A DNA stretch of 62,931 nucleotides, counting the filler, from Asterionella formosa (taxonomy: Eukaryota): NCBI GenBank assembly GCA_002256025.1. It is 27 parts of 27 records of this genome, joined end to end, with 100 filler letters (N's around TTAATTAATTAA, not from the genome) between each part and the next. Parts side by side here need not be neighbours in the genome. Positions count along the whole stretch, not along the records: positions 49,056 to 51,285 come from NKIB01000173.1; positions 51,386 to 53,614 come from NKIB01000174.1; positions 53,715 to 55,944 come from NKIB01000175.1; positions 56,045 to 58,273 come from NKIB01000177.1; positions 58,374 to 60,602 come from NKIB01000178.1; positions 60,703 to 62,931 come from NKIB01000179.1; 21 more parts are not named here. One strand, given 5' to 3'. Of this stretch, positions 50,126 to 60,826 are shown piece by piece (within the stretch, counting starts at the first letter, position 1; each line of letters starts with the position of its first letter). The notes under the pieces are model-generated. The model saw only the letters and a program-made list of their open reading frames with translations, did no database searches and was not told the origin of the DNA. Both the position numbers and the translations under genes were made by a program.

Positions 50126-50493
50126 ATACAGTACACACATGATGCTTACGTAATTTGCATCGAAGTGGAGAAACACAGATTCCATCACGACAACTGCTAC
50201 ATATGTAAAATGCCACGAGAAACACTACCACTCCCCTCAAATGATCAAACTTCACTTCAAGTTCAAAATAGAAGTACTATACATACCGTGCTTAATTATA
50301 TACTGGGAATGAACGGAAGTTCAGACTTCGGCTGAAAAACCGGCCTATGATACTGTCCGAACATTTCTACGAAAATCAGCGTAAGTGTCCGGTAGATGTC
50401 TGATGATGTTCTCTAGCTATTTATTCTTTTTGAGTGCCTGTCCTGTGTCACGTTGTCCATTTCAGCAAAATGACATGCAGGCTGGTATAGGTA

Positions 50494-51285
50494 CCCCTGG
50501 TACCACTTAAAAACTGTAAGCCACCGCTACGGCGACTTTTGAACTGTAAGCCACCGCTAAACGGAGTAAACGCACGGTTTGAACTTAGTTTACAAGATAC
50601 GCTATTTATTGTCACGAACGAGTTGTTCAGATTTATATAGCGAGTAAATACTTTCGTACTTGTATTGTTGCATTATGTACATTGTTAATTAGGTATTATC
50701 GCCCAAAGGTTGCTGTCGACGTGAAATTGCGAAAATTGGATATTTTCACGTTTACTCGATTGAGCAAGCATCACCTTTTATATACGTATTCAGCTATAAT
50801 ATTATTCCTCCGCTAGAAAACTAATTTAGTATCCTCTAAAATTTATTTAATATGGCTACGACGTCATTGCGCTTTCGCTCGTGCGCCATAATAAAGAGAT
50901 AAATTCAGTAATGGAAAACGTCAAATAGGAATTCCTGGCGCGCCCGAATTATGAGTACAAAAATTAAATGCAAACACAAACAATCACCCATCACCCATCA
51001 CAACACCAACACCATGACCTCGAAAGCGCCTCGACAAGGCAAAGCCTTGCCTCGAAAGAAATTGTCTCCTGAAGAGTTGGTCAGTGTTCAGTTTTGTCTT
51101 AACAATGTGATTAGGGAGCTAGAAGCTAAGAAGGCTAACAATGGTGGAAAAATGTCTCATGGTGCTATTTCTAGGACAGTATCAGCTAAGCAATGCATTT
51201 TCCCTTGGATATCTGTTAACCAAGTGAAGAATGAACTAAAACAAAGTGCTAAACTAGAAGTTAAGTCTAGTACTACTAGTATGTA
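50494..51285 (+). mobile_element. Probable 5' end of a pogo/Tc1-like element with the N-terminus of its ORF (from 50951 or a nearby downstream Met)
   Basis: TA followed by CCCCTGGTACCAC; direct repeat aactgtaagccaccgcta x2. ORF with NNGGKMSHGAI...FPWI is open to the contig end. No catalytic domain visible. Confidence 0.45.
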
Positions 51286-51385
51286 NNNNNNNNNNNNNNN
51301 NNNNNNNNNNNNNNNNNNNNNNNNNNNNNTTAATTAATTAANNNNNNNNNNNNNNNNNNNNNNNNNNNNNNNNNNNNNNNNNNNN

Positions 51386-51556
51386 AGCATCGTTTTTTAG
51401 GGTTACCGAAACCAAAACACTGTTTGGTTTGCGTTTTGGTCCACCGTTAGCAACGGCCTTATATATTACCGTTGCTAACCGTTGACCCAAACCAAAACCC
51501 AAAAACTTTTTTTGGATTGGTTTTGGTTTTGGTCAACTGACGAAAAAACGATGCTA
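51386..51556. mobile_element. About 170-bp palindromic MITE
   Basis: Arms agcatcgtttttt / aaaaaacgatgct, inner inverted repeat gttagcaacgg / ccgttgctaac, and multiple aaacc/ggttt subterminal motifs. Confidence 0.8.
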
Positions 51557-52164
51557 TCGGTTTTTGGGAAATCCTAAATGCTGTCAACCACCCATCTACA
51601 GTGACGTAGGATGACAAAACCATTATAAAAAAAGTAAAATATTTCTAGACTCCGTACGGATACCGGTATACGGGTAGGATCGGCCAAAACCCAAGAAAAT
51701 GCTTCATGTGCATCCAGTGTGGCCGGCGTGGGATTGCAAGACCTCGCAAACCGTGCCAATCGAACGGATATAAGGATAGCCAATCAGAATATGAATAATA
51801 CAGCGGGCAATTACAATGGAACTTTTTGTACACGAGAATTTACGACTAAAAATTTTAGTACAAGACTACCATTCCGATGATGACGTTTCGGCGATTAGTG
51901 ATTCTGATTCTGATTCTGACATTTTGGTGACCGTTGAAAAGGCCGATATTTTCGAACATTTGGAAGACGATAGCTCAGCGTTGGCAGGGTTTGAAGAAGA
52001 GTTAAATACATAGGTAATCTTCATATAGCCCCAGAAGTTAACTTTCTGCGAGAAACTGCAGAAAGGAACTTCGGTTTTTTTACGAGGCCAAATAAACGAG
52101 TTGGCCCGGTAAAATCCAGTATTTTCAGCATTGGCTATGATGACCTACAAAGATAGGATAGAAT

Positions 52165-53614
52165 ATGCTACCAGGTACTGACTATGAGTTTAGTATAGAG
52201 CAGCTAGCAGACATCAAGCCTGAACACATATACAAATGGATGGCTGTGAAGACTTATGGTAAACCAAACCCAAGCCAAAACGATAATCCAACATATGGTA
52301 GATCAACCTCATTGGAATATTACAAGAAGGCATTGTCCTACTTCATGCCACTCCGGCTCTCGACTTGGAATGTCATGATCAAGTGTGGAAATCCAACCAG
52401 ATCTGTGCTTGTTCTTGACCTAATCAAGGCTGTAAAGAAAAAGGAGGTCCGCAAGCAGGGAAAAGCATCAGCAGCACGTCGTCCACTTGAAGCCCAAGAA
52501 TTTACCGACACAATAAATGCACTTCGACGATGCAAAGACAGTATCCGCCGCTACCAGATGGATTCTCTATGTTCCTTCCAATTCCACATGGTTGGCCGGA
52601 TCGACGATTGTGTCCAATTGAAGAAGGAAAACTTGAAACCCAATCTTCGTTTTCTTTTTACCCTGATATGTCAGCTGTGTTGGTCCAAGAATGTCAAGGA
52701 TGAGAGGGATGCACCAGATCAATTCCTCATGGGTGCAATGGACCCACAGTATTGTGTACTACTTAACTTTGCAATCCACCTCAAGACAGAAGGAATGTCC
52801 AATGGCAGCTCACTGGAGAATGACTGGGTTTTTCTTCTTGGAACCGATAATCCTCGGAATGCAAAAAATAAGGCATATCGTATCCTGCGAGATGAAGTTT
52901 GTTCAGGTAGTGAGTTCAACAAGCTTGGCATCATTGGATTAATTGGAATACACAGCCTTCGTAAATATCCCTCAACCCATGCACGAAGGAATGGATGCTC
53001 CCGCAATGATATAGATTTCCGCGGTCGCTGGAAACGACACACAAAGCAAGTAGACACTTACATTGATGTTGATCTTCCATATCCTGATGCCAAGGTGGCA
53101 GCAGCCCTGTGTATTGGAGGAGCATGTAAGTATGTGCTCAAAGAGAGTTGCGGTGTGACTGATGATTGGCTTTTGGAAACTGTTGCTCCAAATATTCTCC
53201 TGCAGTTCCCACGTGAAGTAGCATTGACGCTAGCACGGCCACTACTATTGGCCGTTTTTGAGCCACACCTACAGGGCTACCAGATACACTGACAGAGCGC
53301 GTCAGGTCAGCATACGCATTTGTGCGTCGCCTTCCAGCAGCTGCCAATCCAGTGGAAAAAATTCCTATTATTATTACTGGTGCAGAAGGTGAGGTATATA
53401 TTGACGAAATTGGTGCGGATCTCGATCAAGGTGTATGCAAGGTGGTACCACAAGGGGAACAGCCCCCAGCAGGTGGAGCACAACGACGACTAGCTGGTCA
53501 GCAGAGGAATGTGGTACTTGGGCTGTATTCACTGCAGAAGGAAACACAACGAGACATGAAAGAGATGCAGGCGCAAATAGTGGTACTCAAGTCAGCTATG
53601 CAAAAGGGGATGAC
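52165..53614 (+). mobile_element. Crypton (CryptonS-type) tyrosine-recombinase ORF, frameshifted near 53285 and probably also near 52165; 3' end cut
   Basis: Catalytic set: VGRIDD (R), WSKNV (K), IHSLRK (HxxR), RGRWK (W), VDTYID (Y). Also GNPTRS..V..LIK and PYPDAKVAAALCIGG. Continues in another frame (NPVEKIPIIITGAEGEVYIDEI). Confidence 0.88.
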
Positions 53615-53714
53615 NNNNNNNNNNNNNNNNNNNNNNNNNNNNNNNNNNNNNNNNNNNNTTAATTAATTAANNNNNNNNNNNNNNNNNNNNNNNNNNNNNN
53701 NNNNNNNNNNNNNN

Positions 53715-53991
53715 CGTCTGTCCATCCTGACTTAGCAATGGACGTAACCTGTGAATAGAGGCCGCAAAACTTTGTCACATCTTGATTGATTGTTCCCCAT
53801 CGAGCAGTGCACGCTGTTGAGGTGCGATCCTTCCCATCTGGTGGGATAAGCTCAACATAAATCTCGAATACCCTGCTCCAAAACTTGCTTGCTTTCTGAC
53901 CAGTCCCAGTGATTGCGTCTTCACTTGCAGCTACCCAGGCCCAAGAGAGTGCTTTGTCCTCTTCCTTCTCCCACGTGACACCGGAACCCAT
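53715..53991 (-). CDS. Myb/SANT-like DNA-binding protein of Pong/Harbinger ORF1 type (3' end cut)
   Basis: WEKEEDKALSWAWVAASEDAITGTGQKASKFWSRV...RTSTACTARWGTINQDVTKFCG. Confidence 0.8.
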
Positions 53992-54189
53992 CCTGACAAT
54001 GATGATTGTTGTTTTATGATGTTGACTCAATATGATGTATACACCACACCAAGATCACATTGGCATATAGAATTCTACATGAAGAGACAATAGTGAATGT
54101 ACTGTAATTATGTATGCACTCATTGAACTATAAACGTTAGGTTGCTGGCGCAAGCACATGCGCAAGCCACAATCTAAACCAATAGAAAT

Positions 54190-54498
54190 GCTCCTTTTAT
54201 TTGGCTTCGGTCGGAGTCTAATCGACCAAATACCTGATATTTGGTCGATAAGGGGGTCATCCTCGATCAAGACCAAAGCATATTTGGTCTTGGTCGATGC
54301 GGTGGCTAGAATATTTTTGCTTTTTCGACCAACACACAACATCATGACGTGTAATGACCCGCAACTTCAATTGGCTTGGTATTTTGGTCGATGCGGTGGC
54401 GATGCTCTAAGCAAAAACAATTTAGACAAAAAATTCGTTCTTTGCCAATTATTGTTTTCGGCCATATCGAGCAAAATGTACAACTAGTTAAAAGGGCC
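54190..54498 (-). mobile_element. Pong/Harbinger-like terminus with subterminal repeats, upstream of the Myb/SANT ORF
   Basis: Minus strand TTA followed by GGCCCTTTTAACTAG; repeated ttggtcga/tcgacca motifs. Confidence 0.55.
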
Positions 54499-55188
54499 TA
54501 AGTTTTCGTAACCATCTACCTACTCTCAACATACAAATGGTATATTCCTGCATAAATGGCATAATTCTTGTGTTATTCAGAAAGACTCCTCGTTGCTTTA
54601 CGGTACCAGGTACCGCCACCTGGTACCAGGGTATCTCCATGCTTTTTGGATCTTGTCGGAGTGAATACCAAATGTCCTCTCCATCGTGTTGGCGATTTAA
54701 TATCTCTGATGAAATTGAAATACAAAAATACGTGGGTGAGAGCGGTCATTTGGGTTTTGTGCAATCAGACGGCATCAAAAGTGATCCTCGAGAACATTCT
54801 GTGCGTTTCTCGGATTCGCTCTATTTATTGTACTGCATATCGGTACCTGGTACTCCGATGCCGGCGTATACAGTGAGTGTGTCTAAATGATTCGAAATGA
54901 CTCTTCATTCATCTCGATCGCTTTTGGATCTTGGCGGTGCCAGTCTTAGATGTGGTACAGTAGTAGCTGGTATGGTACCTGGTACTGTACCCCGTACCCC
55001 GGAATGCCGGGGTACCTGGTCCTGAATCCTAAAATGTACAGCCGGTAGCCATAGTTGATAACCCCATCACGAAACATTTGTTACTTGCAAAGAATCACAA
55101 TAATGCAACGCAAGTCCCACAAAAATCAAATTTGGGAATGATTGATGCATGGAATCAGTTCCAGCATCTTCAATAACAGTTTATCAGC

Positions 55189-55944
55189 ATGAACATTCTG
55201 ATTTCTTCACTTTTATTACTGTGTTTTGTTACGTTGGCGTATTCTGAGCAGGGTGCCATTTGTTGCTCGTATGATTTGCAAACGTGCACGGACCCTGTTG
55301 CAGACCCTTGGTGCTCCAGCAGCTGGCAGAACTGCAACAGATGCTGGGGCTCGTGGATAAATCCTGCTCTGCGCACAACTTGCATTCCGCTTTGGAAGTC
55401 ATGTGCTAGTGTCCTTGACATTGATGCGGGTACTGACAAAGACACTTGCTGCGGCCAATCTATCTGCAAGCCATGGAAGAACTGTGAACCTCCTCAGTTC
55501 TGTTGCTCGTGGGATTTGGCTACCTGCGGGGAAAGCAAATGGTGCAACCAAAATGCACAGAATTGCGCTGTCTGTGGGGGTGTTGCATTCATAGAACCAG
55601 CCACTCGTCACGACTGCACGCCTCGCTGGACGGACTGTGTGAAAGCCACTGAATGCTGTGGCGGAAGTGTGTGTCAAGAAAAGCCGGATGGTTCTGGTTG
55701 GAAGTATTGTGATATACCAGCAACACCTAAGCCAACCACGCAGCCTTCAAGTCCTCCTCCAACAAGAGTGCCAGTAACTACGCCTCGTCCTACTCTTTCG
55801 CCAACTCGTGCGCCAACAAATTTTGGACCTGTTCCAGCAGGCCCTTTCATCACTGTTTCCTCTACAAGAATCACTATCCCCAATCCAGCAAATCCTGTTG
55901 TCTCAGGTAGAACGCTGTGTCCTCATCTTGACACTGGTATTCTC
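55189..55944 (+). CDS. Secreted protein: signal peptide, two tandem Cys/Trp-rich modules and a Pro/Thr-rich linker (3' end cut)
   Basis: Signal MNILISSLLLLCFVTLAYS. CCS[YW]DL.TC...WC....NC..C.G and C.P.W..C...CCG.S.C each occur twice. PTTQPSSPPPTRVP linker. Confidence 0.85.
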
Positions 55945-57621
55945 NNNNNNNNNNNNNNNNNNNNNNNNNNNNNNNNNNNNNNNNNNNNTTAATTAATTAA
56001 NNNNNNNNNNNNNNNNNNNNNNNNNNNNNNNNNNNNNNNNNNNNCTTACGACACAGAAAATCCTGCAGCACCTTGGCAAGAAGCCAATACTACAAGGGAA
56101 GCTCGAGTCAAGAGAGAGCGCAACATGGTGAGCCTTCTTTTTTTATAATCATTTAGAACACTATTGTTATGCATAAAATATCACCACAGCAAAAAAAATT
56201 GTTTTACGTACATGCTTATGTGTCAGAATATGTCTGTTAGGCTGTTGATGTCAACAGGTGTCCGAAGACTAGATGAAGTCTGAGGGAATGTCTACCGGTA
56301 AATGGAAATTGACAGTATTAATATGTTTATGCCGGTATGTAGCAGAATGATCTGCAAACGAGCGACGCGGGAAAGGTCTTGACCGGTTATTCCAGATTTT
56401 AAGTACAATACCGGTACCGGTAGTCTAATGTGTTATGGCTGGATGCATCATGAAACTACATTGGGTAGCCATCATTGCTACCGGTACAAAATAATTCTGG
56501 CTACCAGTTCAACATAATTTTAGCTTAAGTAAAATGTTCTATATAAATAACATACATATGAATAAAGTTTATGTACAGATGCATCCGCGATCTTGTGTTG
56601 TCATCATTGCATTCATTCATGACAAACATGAAATCGATGTCAATTGTGCAGCGATGGGTGTGAAATCGTTGTTGTATGTTCATTGCAACTACTGTACTAA
56701 TTGAGACATTCTTGTACAGTTTCAACTCCAGCTTGCCCACTATCAAGCTCAAGAGTGTGAAACCACTGGTCATGTATGCGTGGATCTCCATGCCCAACAC
56801 AAAAAGTTCATATATAAAGCAAATTGTGTCATCCTGTGCCGCTTCTGGTGTTTAATAGTAGCGCTAATCATGAAGGAAAGAAAGCTAGCTATTTGAAGTG
56901 GCACAGGAGGATGTTCTATTGTTGAGTAAAGCAACAGAATAATAACGACATGGTGGATGTGATTATAACACCATGCCAATCCAGGCACAAAATATTATAT
57001 ACCATAGGTTAAGGCTAGTATTAGGCCTACAGGGTCTACCCCCCCCCCCGGTGGCCCCAAAAATTGCATCAAGCCATATTGTGAGTTTGAAAACTAGAAC
57101 ACTTCCCAAGACTTGGCAATATTCTTCACTATACTGTGGGAAACCAACATTTGTTAGACAAAAAATAAACATATTTCAGACAACACCCAAGGCAGATCAT
57201 TAGCTGATCAGAGGGAAAATTTCAAATCGAATTTTAGAACAAAAAATAACATGGAAAACCTGATATTCTCACACAGATATTTTCGAAGAAGAATGAAAGT
57301 ACAGAGATTCCAGCATTGCCCCTGAGGTTGTGAACCAGCTTTCTTACTTCACCATCAAATTAGAGGGAGAAAGTGTTCCAATTAATATACAAAACTAGTT
57401 GAGGAGTATAAACTATGATACTTATTAGGAAGAAATGGTGTGGGCGAGTGGCGACCTTTTCCTTTCCAGGACCTACCATGATAGCCTTGAATTTAAGCCC
57501 CTCTCATCGATTGGAATGGCATCAGCCAACTAAAGATGCATTTTCACTAGGCGACTTCCATCCACTTTCTCAAACCTCTCAGCAACATGACTGCACTAGT
57601 TTAGGACCAGATCGAGTAAGG

Positions 57622-57662
57622 GAATGAATGAATGAATGAATGAATGAATAAATGAATGAATG
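57622..57662. repeat. (GAAT)n microsatellite
   Basis: About 10 units with one variant. Confidence 0.95.
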
Positions 57663-58192
57663 TACCATCGCTCTGTGAGCAAGCCTGGAAAGATTTGGTT
57701 CATCTTGCATACCGGTATTAATAAATCGGAACATGCATCATGTGTCCCCAAGAAGGCCCGGTAGCGCACGTTTTATGCGCACTTATTCAATTTCGACTCA
57801 CTCTCAATGACTTGTCCCATGCCTACCGGACGAGCAAGATAGGCTGGCTTTGCATTCCAAACTCTCTTAGGTCAATTTCTATAATGTTAAATAATCAATC
57901 ATTATCTCCAAGTCGTGATCTGAACACGAAATTGTGTTTGCCTACTGGTTTACTGATGGAATTCACCAATCAGCAATTTCTAGTTGTAGTCAGCAATTTC
58001 TACTAGTCATAGTCAACATTTTCTTGTCATTGGCTTCAAGTCGTTGTCAGCAACTTCTAATTGTTTTCAGTAACTTCTAGTCATTGTCAGAAGAATTCTA
58101 GTCTATGTAATCACCAACTGGATCATTAATCATAAACAAAAGAGTCATTTTGAAAATGTCAATGGATTGTTAATTGATATGGTTATAGTATA

Positions 58193-58273
58193 GGGGAATG
58201 GCTTAGTGGTTCTTAGCACACCTATTGTGTGTGTCTCCACCTGTCTTTTTCATGTAGTCCCTAGGGTTCCACC
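58193..58273 (+). mobile_element. tRNA-derived SINE, copy D (B-box/T-arm deleted, cut by contig end)
   Basis: ggggaatggcttagtggtt...tctccacctgtctttttcatgtagtccctagggttcc. Confidence 0.75.
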
Positions 58274-58373
58274 NNNNNNNNNNNNNNNNNNNNNNNNNNN
58301 NNNNNNNNNNNNNNNNNTTAATTAATTAANNNNNNNNNNNNNNNNNNNNNNNNNNNNNNNNNNNNNNNNNNNN

Positions 58374-58751
58374 AGATCCGCTTGCAATGATGACACTGTT
58401 GGCTTCGTCGGCGATGTTCCAAGAGTTATCCGAGGCGAAGTTGTCGAAGCGGATCTGGACAGTAACTGATACCGCATCGCTTCCAGAAGCAAGGGATGAT
58501 TTCTTGTCGAAACTTCTGGAAAGGTCTTTCATGAGTTTGCTTTCTTGGTTGTTTGCAGCGCTCATGGGGGGAGATGGATTTGTAACCACAGCAGTGCCTC
58601 CTCTGTTCTTTCGTCGTCCTTTGGGTAGCTCGTACACTCTTGGTTCGTTGCCAACAACAGCATCTCCATTCACCGGAGAGACGAGTAGCATGGCTGCAAG
58701 TAGAAGTGCCAGTGATCGTAGGACGAGGCGATAGGATCGACTGACCAACAT
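58374..58751 (-). CDS. N-terminus of a secreted protein
   Basis: Signal-like LALLLAAMLLVSPVNG, then VTVQIRFDNFASDNSWNI, resembling a beta-rich extracellular module. Open to the contig end. Confidence 0.6.
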
Positions 58752-60702
58752 TTTGCTGTATTTTCCAGTATTTCTTTCGAGAAATGACTTCCAATAATTG
58801 TGAGAAACAGTTACCAATTGTACTTATGTGTTACTCGGCAGATGAAGAGAGATTGTGTATAAAGCGTTACGAATGACGCGATGAAGATTGGTGAACAAGG
58901 AGCAACTAGTGCGAGGGGGAATTGATGTTTTGCTTTCCTACCGAAAAAATGTATCATGCATTCTTGTGTGTAAATGTGTTTTTCTTTGAAGGCATCAGCA
59001 ATCATAAAGAACCTATTTATCATAATCGGAGGCAGCACGCATGACCAACTTCTGACCATTGGGGCGTACAAGGGATAACAAAAGCAGGAGAGCAGAAATT
59101 TATTTCGGAGCGTGAATCAGTAATGACTAATATAAAGAACAATTACGACATAATCCTGTGACATCCCAAAAGCTGGGTCATCCATTTTACCTATATATCA
59201 TAATTCATTTATACGTATGACAATTATAGGTCCTTTGACCGGTAAGCAATTGACACGCAATGATATTAATTATGATGATGCACAGGAGAAGTGCACAAAC
59301 TTTCTTTAGCACGTGCATCTACTTGCACATATTCGTTTGCCAGATAGGTAGTTATTCGACATTTTGTTCTACCCGTACCACTCCGAAAAACATATCGAAT
59401 TTGGTCTTGTACATGCACGATACAATGACCGATAATATGGAACACGACCAGAACCACATCAAGCACTTCTCGTGTGCACAGATAGGATCCAGATCTCCCA
59501 GAGTGAATCCCCCATCCCTGTGCCATGCTAGAATTCAGATACCAGCATGTGCTGTATTGATCCACACATTGATTTCTGCAATACTGTGGTGCTGTGATGC
59601 CTCGTCCGCCATATGTGCCGAAATTATAGGAAAAGTGTGAAGTCCCGCCCAAATTGGTGGATTGCTGATTGTTGTTTTTGGTGCCACCGAGTGCATTTCT
59701 TTTACTGACCATGATGGAATCACAGATTGATTGTTTCTCCTATTGTCATTATCATGGCTGGTGCTGCTGTTTGCTGTTTACTGTTTACTGTTCTCCTAAT
59801 TTTGGGATAGCTGCCTTGTGTCAATAACCTTTTTAAAAAATCCTTTGTTGAAACCAATCTCATCTTAGACCTTGAAAACTAAGTCACAATAGCTCAATGG
59901 GTAGTCATTGGTCATGGCTGGGGGAAGTATGATTGGCACAGACCTACTAGCTACATGAAATATGTCAAAACAAGCAAGAAGCGATTTTGTTTTGTGATGA
60001 CTGCAGCTGCTACTCTTTGACATTTCCATTCATCATATGAATAATAAGAATGTTGGCAGTGAAAGAAGCAGATGACCACAACGGCAAACAAAAGAGAAAG
60101 TAAGACTGAATGATCGCCATAGTGCTTGAGGTTTGCTCAGGTGCAAGGCAAATACTATGCCGCAAAAAGAGTTACTAGGGTTAGAGTTAATGAACAAACT
60201 ACTACTACCTGTACATAGACACAGGCCTCGGGTTGCTTGACAACGACAATATGCTACTGTCAGCCAAGCCACATACCGGTACCCATGGTCCGTACATAGA
60301 GCCTCCGTATTGTTATATAGAATACATAGAGAGAGAGCTCACCACACATTGATGATCAAGAAATCAATTTCCCGCAATCACAAATTTTCATGTCAACATG
60401 ACAGTTGTGACTCTGTTCCTCCAACTTGACGATGATTCCTCCGCCTCCTCATTGGCATCATGCTGTTACAAGAGCACCACTAGCCAACTTTCCGTGAATG
60501 TCTCGTCGTGGTTGTCAACACAAACGACAGTGGCAGAATTCTGTCAACACGTCATGGAAGAATTGATCCCTGGTGATTGGTTGTTTCCCATTTATTCTTT
60601 CTNNNNNNNNNNNNNNNNNNNNNNNNNNNNNNNNNNNNNNNNNNNNTTAATTAATTAANNNNNNNNNNNNNNNNNNNNNNNNNNNNNNNNNNNNNNNNNN
60701 NN

Positions 60703-60826
60703 GATTCAAATATTTCAAATGGAATCACGTCATTCAAAAATAGCTAATTAAATTCTTAATTCCAGGGAATTTTCGCAACCCTAAGCAATATTTTAATTTT
60801 TGCCTAGGGGTTCAAATGCAGCAACC
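60703..60826 (-). mobile_element. End of the TTAA TIR element, inserted in a Copia integrase
   Basis: Reverse complement of about 15271-15396, followed by TTAA (60827-60830), after which the integrase frame KKKNLLSKIVDE...LRCDNAGEN resumes. Confidence 0.85.

Noticed and set aside
52165..54030. Functional linkage of the tyrosine recombinase with the neighbouring Myb/SANT ORF (or any cross-contig gene cluster)
   Set aside because: They are separated by an artificial linker; contig order reflects size only.
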